Shown here one piece after another: positions 37,452-47,904 of a stretch of 64,000 bases of DNA. Each line of letters begins with the position of its first letter. Position 1 is the stretch's first letter. A program made the translations under genes and the position numbers. This stretch comes from Dehalococcoidia bacterium (GTDB lineage: Bacteria; Chloroflexota; Dehalococcoidia; Plut-88900), in assembly GCA_965249275.1 (NCBI GenBank), contig CBDFLQ010000005.1, forward strand, positions 384,001 to 448,000, read 5' to 3'. Under the pieces are notes generated by a model. The model worked only from the letters and a program-made list of their open reading frames with translations, ran no database searches and was not told where the DNA came from.

Positions 37452-38372
37452 CTATTTGAACCGGGGCATTATCTCCGTGGCGAATATCTCAATTTGACTC
37501 ATGTACTCGGGCCTTTTGCACACTGGGTTGAACGCAAAGTGTTCAATGCCGCACGAGATGAACCGCTCCATGGCCCTCAGGCAGTCGTCGACCGTCCCGA
37601 TGGCCGCCTGATGAGGCAGCACTTGCATTGAGCGTCCGGTACGGTTGCTCATGTCTTCCGAGGCCAGCGCCGACGCCTCAGCCTCGCTGTCCGCAACCCT
37701 GAAGTACAGGTGCATTGCCCGGGTCACGGACCCGGGGTCTCGGCCAAACTCTTCGGCGTAGCGTTCTATCTTTATCATCGCCCGATGGTACACCGCAGGG
37801 CTGCATACGGCCGGCATGAACCCATTCCCAAAGCGTCCCGTTCGCCTAAGCGCCCCTTCCGAGTGACCACCCACCCAGATAGGGGGTCCGGGTCTCTGCA
37901 CGGGCTTTGGTTCCATGTACATGTCCTCGAACTCGTAGAACCTGCCCTTGTGGCTGAACGGCTCGTCCGACCAGAGGCCAGCCATAATCTGCAGGGCCTC
38001 GTCGGTGCGGGCTCCCCGCTGGCGGGAGTCAACGCCCGCGGCCTCGAATGCGCGGGTGGCAGTCGGGCCTGCGCCGACGCCAAAGATGATCCGGCCCTCG
38101 GACATGTAGTCGAGCGTCGCTACCTCCTTCGCCAGGATAGCGGGGTGTCTGTGCGGCACGACTACCACGCAGGTGCCGAGCATAATGTCCTGGGTATGTT
38201 CAACGAAGGCCCCGAGGGTCGGGAAGCAGTCTAGGGCGTGCTCTCGGGTGATCATGGTGTCGGGGATCCAGATGGAGTCGAAGTCCATCTGCACTGTCGT
38301 ATCGGCAAATTCCTTTACGCTGACCAACTCGTGTATGCGGCTGTAGAGCGGGCCAAACTTCACTTCTGCCAT
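37452..38372 (-). CDS. Luciferase-like (LLM) flavin/F420-dependent oxidoreductase
   Basis: FDSIWIPD, LAKEVATLDYMSEGR, KPVQRPGPPIWVGG. Confidence 0.9.
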   Translation of the reverse strand: MAEVKFGPLYSRIHELVSVKEFADTTVQMDFDSIWIPDTMITREHALDCFPTLGAFVEHTQDIMLGTCVVVVPHRHPAILAKEVATLDYMSEGRIIFGVGAGPTATRAFEAAGVDSRQRGARTDEALQIMAGLWSDEPFSHKGRFYEFEDMYMEPKPVQRPGPPIWVGGHSEGALRRTGRFGNGFMPAVCSPAVYHRAMIKIERYAEEFGRDPGSVTRAMHLYFRVADSEAEASALASEDMSNRTGRSMQVLPHQAAIGTVDDCLRAMERFISCGIEHFAFNPVCKRPEYMSQIEIFATEIMPRFK

Positions 38373-38499
38373 CAAATATTCCGTTCCTTCAAAAGTTCCC
38401 TCTGGCTAGATGTGGCCTATGTATAACTACTCTGTAGAGGTGCGAAACACTTTCACCCTCACCCTAGCCCTCTCCCTCGATGGGAGAGGGGACTGGCCC

Positions 38500-39800
38500 G
38501 GTACAGACCGGGCAGAAAGGTAACACATAAACCGGGGACATGGGTAACACATCGTGGGATTGTATTAGGCAATCCCAGAGGAGGAAGATGTGTTGCCTTG
38601 GAAAGACACGAGCATAGAATCGGAGCGGTTGCAGTTCATCGAGCGTCACACTGCGGGAGAGGAGACTATTGCTGAGCTGTGCCGCCGGTCCGGGATCAGC
38701 CGCAAGACGGGCTACAAGATAATCGGCCGATACGAGGCGTATGGTGAGGACGGTCTACTTGACCTAAGCCGGGCTCCTCACAGCCATCCCAACGCCACTT
38801 CCATAGAGGTGGCTAAGCGTATCATCGAGGCGAAGCGCACCCATCCCACATGGGGCCCGAAGAAGATCGTCGCCTGGTTGCATTCCATCGAGCCCTACGT
38901 GCCCTGGCCTTCCTCCAGTACTGCGGGCGCCATACTGGACCGTGTGGGTCTGGTGAGGCGGCGCAAGCGGCGGCGCAGGGCTACACGCTGGGGCGAGCCC
39001 TTCGCCCACGCCCGGCACCCCAATGACGTGTGGGCCATCGACCTGAAGGGCTGGTTCCGCACGGATGACGGAATGCGGATAGACCCCCTTACAGCCCAGG
39101 ACGCCATGTCCCGCTACTTACTGGTATGCGACCCTCTCGACCGCCCTGCCGGCCCGGAAGTCAAGCGCTCTCTGGAGAGAACCTTCCGAGAGTACGGCAT
39201 CCCTCGGGCCATACGCACCGACAATGGTCCGCCCTTCGCCAGTGTGGGTCTGGGCAGCCTCTCACCACTCTCAGCATGGTGGGTCAAGCTCGGGATCGTA
39301 CCCGAACGCATAGAGCCCGGTCACCCCGAACAGAATGGACGCATCGAGCGCCTTCACCGGACCCTCAAGGCCGAGACCGCAACACCTCCAAAGGCCAACT
39401 GGAGACGACAACGCAGAGCCCTCGAACGCTTCAGACACACCTACAACTTCGAGAGGCCACATGAGGCCCTGGGGCAGCAACCACCAAGCCGGCTGTACAC
39501 GCCCTCGATCAGACCCTATCCCACACGTATCAGCTCGCCCGAGTACAACGCCGGTGTCACCGTACGTAGTGTCCGCAGCAACGGACAGATCAAGTGGAAG
39601 GGAGATATGCTCTACGTGAGCGAGTCCCTCAAGGGCGAACCCATCGGCCTGGTCCAGATAGACGAACGAACCTGGTCCATACAGTTCGGGCCACTCATCA
39701 TCGGACTCCTTGATGACCCCACCAGAAGGGTCGACAAAACCCCAGTCAAAGTGTTACCTATGTCCTCGGTCTAACTGTTACCCATGTCCCCGGTCGTACA
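38500..39800 (+). mobile_element. IS481-family insertion sequence
   Basis: Ends GGTACAGACCGGG..GGTAACA and TGTTACCCATGTCCCCGGTCGTACA, each with two tandem copies of an ACCGGGGACATGGGTAACA-like motif; GCCC on both flanks. Confidence 0.88.
38590..39774 (+). CDS. IS481-family transposase
   Basis: HTH LCRRSGISRKTGYK, WAIDLKG, RTDNGPPF, QNGRIERLHRTLK, RPHEAL. Confidence 0.95.
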   Translation: MLPWKDTSIESERLQFIERHTAGEETIAELCRRSGISRKTGYKIIGRYEAYGEDGLLDLSRAPHSHPNATSIEVAKRIIEAKRTHPTWGPKKIVAWLHSIEPYVPWPSSSTAGAILDRVGLVRRRKRRRRATRWGEPFAHARHPNDVWAIDLKGWFRTDDGMRIDPLTAQDAMSRYLLVCDPLDRPAGPEVKRSLERTFREYGIPRAIRTDNGPPFASVGLGSLSPLSAWWVKLGIVPERIEPGHPEQNGRIERLHRTLKAETATPPKANWRRQRRALERFRHTYNFERPHEALGQQPPSRLYTPSIRPYPTRISSPEYNAGVTVRSVRSNGQIKWKGDMLYVSESLKGEPIGLVQIDERTWSIQFGPLIIGLLDDPTRRVDKTPVKVLPMSSV

Positions 39801-39856
39801 GCCCTCCCATCCGCCTCCCGGAATAGATATGCGCAGACGGGATGTTGCTCTGAATT

Positions 39857-40993
39857 TTAGACCCGATGATACCCGAACACTTCTTTTTTGACCTCCTCCA
39901 CACTGCGACGGGCGAACTCCCGTACTTTCTCCCTGTCCCCTTCCTCCAACCTGGGCCCCGACGCATCTCTCAGTGTCTCAATTCCTGATCTCTCTCTGTA
40001 AGAATCCGGTGTTTCCTGTGGCCATTCCCGGCCCAGCATGACGCCGTAGGCCAGTGCCCAGCACCGGGCCACGGCCTCCACATCATACCCCCCTCCCCCG
40101 AGGGCCAACCACCGCCCCGGCTGTCCGGCGAGACCGGCCAGAGTCTCCACTGCCTTGGTGAAACCTTGTGTCGATATCAGCAGGTGCCCCAGTATGTCCG
40201 AGTGGTAGGTGTCGATGCCCAGTTGGGTTACAAGCACATCCGGTTCGAAGGCGCGGACCAGGGGTGGGACTATCTGCCCGAAGGCGTCCAGATAGATTTC
40301 ATCGTCGGTGTAGGGGGCCAGGGGCAGGTTCACCGCGTAGCCGGTCCCGGCCCCCGTGCCTGTCTCATTGGGGTACCCGGTCCCGGGAAATATGAACCTC
40401 CCAGACTCGTGGACCGAGATGGTCAGCACTGCATCGGTGTCGTAGAAGGCGTTCTGTACGCCGTCCCCGTGGTGAACGTCGATGTCCACGTAAGCGACCT
40501 TCATCCCCCGATCCACCATCCGCTTGATGGCGACTACTGCGTCGTTGAACACGCAGAACCCGGAGGTGTTTCCCGCAGCCGCATGATGCAGACCCCCTCC
40601 CGGGTTGAAAGCAGCGTCCACCTCTCCATCCAGAATCATGTCCGCCGCCAACAGGGAACCCCCGACCACCAATGTCCCCGCATCGAACATTCCCGGATAG
40701 GTCGGGTTGTCCCCGTACTGGCTGAAGTTGTAGCGGCCCGGGTCGACCAGCATTCGCCCCTCCCCGAAGGCCTTGACCGCGGCCACGTAGTCGGGGGTGT
40801 GGAACGTCTGGACTTCTTCATCGGTGGCGTGACGCGGGTCGACGAGTCTGCCGTTCTCCACCTGGAAGGCCCCGCACTCCTCCAGGAGCTCGTAGGTATA
40901 GCGCAGGCGGACCGGTTTGAAGACGTGGTCCTCCCGCAGAACGTGCCGCGACATGGAGTCCCGATATATGAAAGCGCCGCGCCTTTCCGTCAT
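39857..40993 (-). CDS. acuC: AcuC/histone-deacetylase-family protein deacetylase
   Basis: GGGLHHA, GFCVFND, DIDVHHGDG, FPGTG, GGGGY. Confidence 0.9.
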   Translation of the reverse strand: MTERRGAFIYRDSMSRHVLREDHVFKPVRLRYTYELLEECGAFQVENGRLVDPRHATDEEVQTFHTPDYVAAVKAFGEGRMLVDPGRYNFSQYGDNPTYPGMFDAGTLVVGGSLLAADMILDGEVDAAFNPGGGLHHAAAGNTSGFCVFNDAVVAIKRMVDRGMKVAYVDIDVHHGDGVQNAFYDTDAVLTISVHESGRFIFPGTGYPNETGTGAGTGYAVNLPLAPYTDDEIYLDAFGQIVPPLVRAFEPDVLVTQLGIDTYHSDILGHLLISTQGFTKAVETLAGLAGQPGRWLALGGGGYDVEAVARCWALAYGVMLGREWPQETPDSYRERSGIETLRDASGPRLEEGDREKVREFARRSVEEVKKEVFGYHRV

Positions 40994-41758
40994 TTAGACC
41001 TCCATCTCCAAGTCTTCGTGCGCCGCCTCTATCTTGATACCCAACCCTTGTGATGCTGTCTTGAGGTCTTCTCTGATCTCCATCTCATACCGGGGGTTCA
41101 AGTGGACCGCCCACACTGTCGGAACTCCGCCGTTGCTTTCCTCGATTTTCCCCAGCTCGGCGGCCAGGAGACCAGGAGTTAAATGGTTCCGAGCCCGGGC
41201 CTCGGTCTCCATCCGGTCCGGATACGACGTCTCAATGAAACATACGTCAGGCGAGACCGCATCCCACCCATCCGAGAAGCCGGGGCCCGTGTCTCCGCTG
41301 TAGAAAAACCGTCGGCCGTCGGGGCTTGTCACCTGGAACCCGTACGTCGGGGGGCCGTGGGGGACTCGGATCGGCAAAACAGAGAAGTCTCCCACGACAT
41401 TCTCAAGTCCCGGTTCAATGGGGTTAAAGCGGAGGGAAGGGGCGTTGGCAGGGATGCTGGTGTGGTCGGGGTAAATAGAGCCGTTTACGAGGTTCGCTGA
41501 AAGGCTGTCCAGCACCTCGGGACAAGCGTACACGTCCGTAGTCGACCCACGGGTGTTCAGGCCGAAGGTGAGCAGGTCTCGGCAGTGATCGAAGTGATGG
41601 TGGGTAATCAGAATCGCCGCCACCGACTCCTGTTCCTCCAAGGTCAAGCCTGACGTAAGACTCCCCGCATCGACGGCCAAGACACCGTCTATCAGGAACG
41701 ACGTGAGCCTCGTGTCCCGGGTCTCCAGTTGGTGCGCTCCCAGGACTCTAACCCTCAT
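40994..41758 (-). CDS. MBL-fold metallohydrolase (class II phosphodiesterase-like)
   Basis: VDAG, THHHFDH, YSGDTG, HLTP. Confidence 0.85.
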   Translation of the reverse strand: MRVRVLGAHQLETRDTRLTSFLIDGVLAVDAGSLTSGLTLEEQESVAAILITHHHFDHCRDLLTFGLNTRGSTTDVYACPEVLDSLSANLVNGSIYPDHTSIPANAPSLRFNPIEPGLENVVGDFSVLPIRVPHGPPTYGFQVTSPDGRRFFYSGDTGPGFSDGWDAVSPDVCFIETSYPDRMETEARARNHLTPGLLAAELGKIEESNGGVPTVWAVHLNPRYEMEIREDLKTASQGLGIKIEAAHEDLEMEV

Positions 41759-41761
41759 GTC

Positions 41762-44056
41762 TCATTCTGCCAGCAGCGCCTCCAGAATGTACCGCGCCGC
41801 GGTCTTGTCCAGGGGCTCGTTGTTGTTGCCGCACTTCGGCGATTGTATACAGCTGGGGCAGCCATACTTGCACGGACACCCTTCCAAGGCGTCGAGGGTG
41901 GCCCTCCAGAGCTCCCGTATGAGCTCGAAACCCTTCTCAGTTATCCCCACCCCGCCCGGATGCCCGTCGTAGATGAATATCTGCGGTTTGCCCGTGTCCA
42001 TGTGCATGGGTGTCGAGAGCCCGCCGATGTCCGCTCGGTCACACATGGCGAACATGGGCAGCAGTCCGATAGCGGCGTGCTCCGCTGCGTGCAGCCCCCC
42101 TGGGAAGTCGACGTGGTCTCTCATTATCCGGTCTTGGGCCCATATCGGGATGTCGAACCACAGGGCCTGCGTGTGATAGGTCTGGGACGGCAGGTCCAGG
42201 ATTTCCTCGCCCAGGAACTCTTCCGTTATCCTTTTCTTTTTCTTGTACCCCCATATGGTGTTGGACACCTCCACCCAGCCCCGATACACAGCCACCCCTG
42301 CAGATCGCTTCGCCTCTTCCACCTGCACAATGCGGAGATCGGTGACGTGGTTGGTCTGCGTGTAGTAGTCAACGTCGGTTGGCCTGACGAAGACCAGTGT
42401 GGCGTCCATGTCCAGCTCCGTCACCAAGAACGATTCTCCCTGGTGGAGGTAAACGGCGCCGGGATGAGCTTGCGAAAACGCCGTGCCCTCGTCCACGGTC
42501 TCGATCACCCGGCCCGACCCCTCCAACACCACCTGGTAGTTGCGCCTGGATGCGGAGCGGATGTTCACCCCTTCCGCCGGATAGTCTATCTCCGGTGTTA
42601 AATGCAATCTCCCCTTGACCTGCTTCAACGACCCTTCCTCTTCCAGCCGACGCATATTCTCCTTCATCCCCTCCCCAAATAGCTCCACGTCCGACGGGGA
42701 CAGAGGCCATTCATAGGCGGCACACAAAAGGTGAGGTTCCAGTATGTACGGGTTCGACGGCGCCACCAGCGCGTGCTCGTGGGCCTTGTCGAAGAAGTCT
42801 GATGGGTTGCGCATGAAATATTGGTCAAGCGGATTGGCCTGCCCGATCATGACCGTAAGCGAACCTCCGCCTCGACGCCCGCTCCGTCCCGCCTGCTGCC
42901 ACGCGCTGGCTATGGTGCCCGGATATCCAGTCAGGATAGTCGCGTCCAGGTCCCCGATGTCCACTCCAAGCTCCAGGGCATTTGTGGTACAGACCCCCAG
43001 AAGCTCCCCGTCTATCAGGCCCCGCTCTATGCGCCGCCGATCCTCCGCGAGATACCCCGCCCGATAGGGGCTTATGCGCTGCCCCAGCTCCGGCAACGTC
43101 CTATCGAAGTTCTCCTTGGAGTACATGTAGATAAGCTCCGCGACACGCCTGGTCCGGGCGAAGGCCAATGTCCTGATCCCCCGGGCCACGAGGCGGGTGA
43201 ACAGGAAGGTGGCCTCGGTAGTCGTGCTGCGGCGCGCGCTGCGGGCTTCGTCGATAATCGGCGGGTTCCAGAACGTGAACGTCTTGTTGCCGCTCGGTGA
43301 CCCGTCTTCCGACACGACCTCGAAATCCCTTCCGACAAGGGCCTCGGCGTGCTCCTTTGGGTTCGCTATTGTCGCCGAGCACAGTATGAATTGCGGTGAA
43401 GACCCGTACAGCCGACACACCCTCCGCAGCCGCCGCAGTATGTTCGCCACGTGAGACCCGAACACCCCCCTGTACACGTGCGCCTCGTCGAGAACGACAT
43501 ATTTGAGCCGGCTCAGCATCCGGCTCCAGTTCTTGTGATTGGGGAGCATGCCGAAGTGGAGCATGTCCGGGTTGGTGAGCACTATCTGCGCTGACCTCCT
43601 GATCCGCCCTCGTTCCTCGGTCGGCGTGTCTCCGTCGAAGGTGCTGACCGTGATCTTGCCAAGTCCACGGTCGGCCTGCAACAGCTCATTTAGCGCCCGC
43701 CACTGGTCCTGGGCCAGGGCCTTGGTGGGGAACAGATATAGCGCGGCCGTCCCCCTATCCTCCAGGATATGATTCACGACGGCCGCGTTATAGATAAGGC
43801 TCTTGCCGCTGGCAGCGGGTGTAGCGACCATGACGTTAGCGCCCTCGGACAGAGCGCCCAGGGCTCGGGCCTGGTGGGAGAAGAGGGTTCCCAGCTTCAA
43901 CGCCGAAAGCGCTCGTTCCAAGGCGGGCTTGAACTTGGCCCTGGCCCCGCTATAGGAGCCTTCCTTATGAGGAATAGCCTCTACGTGGACTATCTGTCCA
44001 TCGTAGTCGGGGTGCCTTTTTATTGTTGATAGTACGTCAGAGGTGTCCAACTGCAA
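41762..44056 (-). CDS. SF2 DEAH-box helicase with DUF1998 (YprA/MrfA/SftH-like)
   Basis: ASGKS, FPTKALAQDQ, DEAH, SAT, QQAGRSGRR, C-terminal CPCKYGCPSC. Confidence 0.93.
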   Translation of the reverse strand: MQLDTSDVLSTIKRHPDYDGQIVHVEAIPHKEGSYSGARAKFKPALERALSALKLGTLFSHQARALGALSEGANVMVATPAASGKSLIYNAAVVNHILEDRGTAALYLFPTKALAQDQWRALNELLQADRGLGKITVSTFDGDTPTEERGRIRRSAQIVLTNPDMLHFGMLPNHKNWSRMLSRLKYVVLDEAHVYRGVFGSHVANILRRLRRVCRLYGSSPQFILCSATIANPKEHAEALVGRDFEVVSEDGSPSGNKTFTFWNPPIIDEARSARRSTTTEATFLFTRLVARGIRTLAFARTRRVAELIYMYSKENFDRTLPELGQRISPYRAGYLAEDRRRIERGLIDGELLGVCTTNALELGVDIGDLDATILTGYPGTIASAWQQAGRSGRRGGGSLTVMIGQANPLDQYFMRNPSDFFDKAHEHALVAPSNPYILEPHLLCAAYEWPLSPSDVELFGEGMKENMRRLEEEGSLKQVKGRLHLTPEIDYPAEGVNIRSASRRNYQVVLEGSGRVIETVDEGTAFSQAHPGAVYLHQGESFLVTELDMDATLVFVRPTDVDYYTQTNHVTDLRIVQVEEAKRSAGVAVYRGWVEVSNTIWGYKKKKRITEEFLGEEILDLPSQTYHTQALWFDIPIWAQDRIMRDHVDFPGGLHAAEHAAIGLLPMFAMCDRADIGGLSTPMHMDTGKPQIFIYDGHPGGVGITEKGFELIRELWRATLDALEGCPCKYGCPSCIQSPKCGNNNEPLDKTAARYILEALLAE

Positions 44057-44073
44057 TCACCGGGGCCGGAGGG

Positions 44074-44370
44074 CTAGAACACCTCCAGCAGCTCCGTTTG
44101 GTAGTCCAGCACCTCGGCATCGTGACTTATAGCTTCGATGAAGCTCAGGACCCGGTACAGCACGTCGTTGACGAATGCGGCGTCGTTGCCCACGAAGCTG
44201 AACCCGATTGTAGCCGACTGCCACCGTTCCTGGTCGTCCACTTCCGCTATGGAGATGTTGAACTTGTTTTGCGCCCGCGCCATCAGAGACTTGATTATCC
44301 GTCTCTTCCCCTTCAGGGACCCGTTCTCCGGCAGCCGGAGCCGTATAAGACAAACGCCTGTCTTCATCAT
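44074..44370 (-). CDS. DUF503 (YlxP-like) protein
   Basis: SLKGKRRIIKSL, KFNISIAEVD..WQ. Confidence 0.88.
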   Translation of the reverse strand: MMKTGVCLIRLRLPENGSLKGKRRIIKSLMARAQNKFNISIAEVDDQERWQSATIGFSFVGNDAAFVNDVLYRVLSFIEAISHDAEVLDYQTELLEVF

Positions 44371-44372
44371 TG

Positions 44373-44500
44373 AGGATGTCTCATAAGTCCGTTCAACACA
44401 GAACGATTGGATGTATTTGACCAATGCAACGGATGCCGTACGCACGAATCTAGGTTGCAAAAAGCGAAAATAGGATGCACGGCAACTTTTGAGACAGTCT
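44373..44500. mobile_element. Possible 128-bp MITE
   Basis: Imperfect TIRs AGGATGTCTCATAAGT vs reverse complement AGACTGTCTCAAAAGT (13/16). Confidence 0.45.
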
Positions 44501-44599
44501 TAGTTGGGAAAATGTAGGGCATATGTGGTTGAGTGTCTGCCAATTTACCATAACTAGCCCTTCTACCCTAGTGCGAGCGTCTATAACGGCTCTCTTCGT

Positions 44600-45328
44600 T
44601 TACCCGAAATCCAAGCTATATAGATATTCACCGACTACAGTAAACAGGATTACGTAACCTACGACGCTAGCTAAGGCGTAAACCAATGGCATGAGATGCC
44701 TGCGCTCAAGTAAAAGCGATCCCGTCTGATAGCCCCGGTGGTTTGGTGTCCTGCTTGGTCCGGTATAAAGACCTACGAAAGGCTCATCCGCCATATATTG
44801 GCGCTCCCGAGCGATCAGATTGGTCAATGAAATTATCCAAGCGAAGCTCATTAGCCCACATGCAACGGCTAATATGAAATATCTCGGGTTTATATATTCA
44901 TCGGGTTCGCCTATTAGTGCGACAACGATTAAGTAAAGACCTATTGTTGATATAGGACCAAACAGCCAGGCTAGATACAAAATTACGTAGCCTAATTGAA
45001 CTAGGCTGGGTGGGAATCGCTTTCCTTTCGCGACCGCCATCATATGTAACCAGGGAAGCAGGAAGGTCGCGGAATAGATCGCACCGGCCAAGAAATAAGT
45101 ACTGGGGTTTAAGCCCCGGCTACGCGTCATTTTCCGCGACACAAGAGCAGCCAAGGGAGCAAATGCCAAACCGATACCGGCTATGAGCGACATGACATTA
45201 GCAACTATGAAGAAGAAAATGAATAAGACGATTAAGGCGAGAGAAACGAACATAGCAATGCCGAACACCACCGCGAAAGTGATTACCACACAAATGAATC
45301 TGTGCAAGTCTTCTCGCTCTACCCACAT
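44600..45328 (-). CDS. Hypothetical multi-pass membrane protein
   Basis: 242 aa, about 6 hydrophobic segments, lower GC, AAGGA RBS. Confidence 0.7.
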   Translation of the reverse strand: MWVEREDLHRFICVVITFAVVFGIAMFVSLALIVLFIFFFIVANVMSLIAGIGLAFAPLAALVSRKMTRSRGLNPSTYFLAGAIYSATFLLPWLHMMAVAKGKRFPPSLVQLGYVILYLAWLFGPISTIGLYLIVVALIGEPDEYINPRYFILAVACGLMSFAWIISLTNLIARERQYMADEPFVGLYTGPSRTPNHRGYQTGSLLLERRHLMPLVYALASVVGYVILFTVVGEYLYSLDFG

Positions 45329-45470
45329 TTGCCAGTTCCTTGCGTTAATGTTCGGTTAAGAGATACCAGCTGTAGATAAATGCTCTCACTCGAAATCGGC
45401 CGCAGATGCGTTATCATTAGGAGCAGGTAATTTCGGAGACCCGACTAGGGCAGAAGAGAGGGATATCCCC

Positions 45471-46487
45471 TCAGAGCATCACGATTATGATACCACTCAT
45501 GGTTACCAGGATTCCGACGCCCGCCCGCCAGTTCAACCTCTCTCGGAGCACGATCATGGAAAGAGGGGCAAGTATCAGCAGCTGGACGTTGAAGATCACC
45601 ATAGTCACTGCCGCTCCCGCCTCCTTGAGGGCCACGAACATGAACGTAGTGCCGAGACCCAGGCTCAGGCTTCCCGAAAGGATCCCGAGCCCCACGTTCA
45701 CTCGATTGAGCCTCGGGCCCCTGGGGCGCAGGCCCCGTGTATGCACGCCGGGCCCTGCCGGGCGAGGGTGATGGGTCTCGGGAGTGGGATGATAGGCGAC
45801 GTTGGGTTGGGCGATTCGCCGTTCCCGCCTGTGCCCGGAAACTTCCGCCGTCAATTTCTGCCCTTGCTGCATCCCCAGTGCCGTAACCAGGAACGCCGCT
45901 ATTACGACCATCCTCGCAGCGTTTCCGGTCACCGCGTCGACGTCCCTCAGCCCCTCCCGCATAAGCCCGACCCCCAACACCCATAGAGATACGATGAACA
46001 CGAGGGTCAAAAACTTGCGGGGTTTCAGGAGATTCTTCGCCGGATCCACCGAGGACGACCCTGTCTGGCCCAGCAGGTAAATCCCGCCGACTACGAATCC
46101 CGTACCCAACAGGGTAAGCAGGGTAACTTCTTCGTCCAGTAACAGGGCGCCTGCCCCCACCATGAGCAAAGTATTCACCGCCTGCGCCATCGTGCTTGTT
46201 TTCGCCACGTCCACGGTGCGAAGGAATTTGAGGAACAACGTGTCCCCGATAAGGGTGGTAACCAACCCTCCCATCACTATGAGGCCCAATCCTCCGTAGT
46301 CGACGGAGGGTAGGCCGGCGGGGGCTCCGGAGGCGAAGAACAGGATGACCAGGAACGTAGCTGCTCCCATGGTCCGCGTAGCGTTCAGCGACACTACAGG
46401 CATACGTCGGGTCAGGTACTTGTTCAGCACGCTGCTGCAGGCAACGGTCGCCGCGGCCAGCAGAGCCATTATTTCACCTAATCCCAA
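45471..46487 (-). CDS. DMT/EamA-family transporter with basic insertion
   Basis: Two EamA repeats (LLDEEVT, VLRERLNW); about 45-aa Arg/His/Pro-rich loop in repeat 2. Confidence 0.85.
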   Translation of the reverse strand: MGLGEIMALLAAATVACSSVLNKYLTRRMPVVSLNATRTMGAATFLVILFFASGAPAGLPSVDYGGLGLIVMGGLVTTLIGDTLFLKFLRTVDVAKTSTMAQAVNTLLMVGAGALLLDEEVTLLTLLGTGFVVGGIYLLGQTGSSSVDPAKNLLKPRKFLTLVFIVSLWVLGVGLMREGLRDVDAVTGNAARMVVIAAFLVTALGMQQGQKLTAEVSGHRRERRIAQPNVAYHPTPETHHPRPAGPGVHTRGLRPRGPRLNRVNVGLGILSGSLSLGLGTTFMFVALKEAGAAVTMVIFNVQLLILAPLSMIVLRERLNWRAGVGILVTMSGIIIVML

Positions 46488-46509
46488 ACGCCAACCCCTC
46501 CCAAGACCC

Positions 46510-47904
46510 TCACAGCACTACCAGCACTACGCCAACGGCGGTCGCCGCTATACCCATTATGGTCTTCCAGCCCAGCCTTTCCCTCAACAACAGCGACGAC
46601 AACAGAATGATCCATAGCAACTGGGTGCTCATCAATGTCGATGTAACCGCAAGCCCAACCCGGTCAAGGGCTACCAGCATTAGAAGACTTGCCACTCCCA
46701 TCGAGAGGGCACCGTTAATAACCGGGAACAAGAGCGGCAGGTAGCTCCTCCCCCCGAGTTTCACCACCCTGACCCTCGCGGTACCGATGAGCGGCCCCCC
46801 ACCTCCGAATATCGGCCCCAATCCAATACGCACCTGTTCGTCGGGAGGGTGCAGGGCAATCTCGACACGCTGCAGCCCCGCCCAATGTCCAGTCCATCGG
46901 GCCGCCGCGACCTCGGGCATCGCGGTCAGGGTGGCCTCGGGAGCGTAGGATCCAGGCAGGTCTATCCTGTACCTCAAACCCCCTCTCCCTCTGCGCCTCT
47001 CCACCTGCTCGAAGGCGCCTCCAATCTCCCGGATGTTCGCCCCTAACTTATCCAGCTGATCCCAGTAGACGGGCGGCCTGATACGGGCTGGGATTCGGCG
47101 CATTGCAGGCTGACGCGGGGCCCGGCGTCGGGCCCAGTAGGGAACGTGGAGCAGCCTGGGCATACGGAACAGGTGGCTCATAGGACTAGGACGTTGCTGT
47201 GCCCTTCTGCGCCGACGCGCCGCAAGGCTCTTGGGAGACCTGCTTGGGACACGGGTGTCGCTGCCAAGGAGGAAGTCCATGTCGTATGTGGCCATCATTG
47301 AGAGCAACAATACCACCGGGGCCAGCCTCACGGCATTCGCTATCACCGAACCCACTTCGTCCACGGCAATCTTCTGCAGGGCCGTACTCCCGACAAACGT
47401 GGCTACGATAAATAGCATGAAGAGCATCCCCTTCGGCCCCAGGAATCGGGCCTGGGAGGCTTCCACTTGACGCCTCTGGGAGAAGGTAAGGGCATACATC
47501 CCTATCACTATGGCCGCAATGCCAGCCAGCCTCATCAGAGACGAATCTTCTCCCAGCAGAGTGAAGCCAATCAGCACTGCCAGCAGGGTCTGCAACCCGC
47601 TGGTAAGAGGAGTAACTTTGCTCACGTCCACCGACGCCAGAAATCGGAAGTAAAGCGGCATCCCTATGCACAGCCCCAGGACGGACCCGGCAACGGCCAA
47701 TGCCAGATAGGCCACCGGGGTGTCGGGCAGCTTGGACGCCTCCCCCATGACGAACATCAGCAACAGGGCGAACAGAGCGCCACCCGCGGCCGAAAGCGAG
47801 GACAGGGGCAGGGGCCTGAACCTCCGGGTCATCAACTTGTCGACCACCGCCGTCATCGAAAAGATGAGGGCGGACAGCAGAGCGGCCAGCTCTCCCACCG
47901 GCAT
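46510..47904 (-). CDS. DMT/EamA-family transporter with large Arg-rich insertion
   Basis: Two EamA repeats (LLGEDSS, LLRERLGW); about 170-aa soluble insertion in repeat 2. Confidence 0.8.
   Translation of the reverse strand: MPVGELAALLSALIFSMTAVVDKLMTRRFRPLPLSSLSAAGGALFALLLMFVMGEASKLPDTPVAYLALAVAGSVLGLCIGMPLYFRFLASVDVSKVTPLTSGLQTLLAVLIGFTLLGEDSSLMRLAGIAAIVIGMYALTFSQRRQVEASQARFLGPKGMLFMLFIVATFVGSTALQKIAVDEVGSVIANAVRLAPVVLLLSMMATYDMDFLLGSDTRVPSRSPKSLAARRRRRAQQRPSPMSHLFRMPRLLHVPYWARRRAPRQPAMRRIPARIRPPVYWDQLDKLGANIREIGGAFEQVERRRGRGGLRYRIDLPGSYAPEATLTAMPEVAAARWTGHWAGLQRVEIALHPPDEQVRIGLGPIFGGGGPLIGTARVRVVKLGGRSYLPLLFPVINGALSMGVASLLMLVALDRVGLAVTSTLMSTQLLWIILLSSLLLRERLGWKTIMGIAATAVGVVLVVL

Noticed and set aside
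41762-44056. DISARM/Druantia-type defence system based on the DUF1998 helicase
   Set aside because: No partner defence genes adjacent; size and context fit a stand-alone repair helicase
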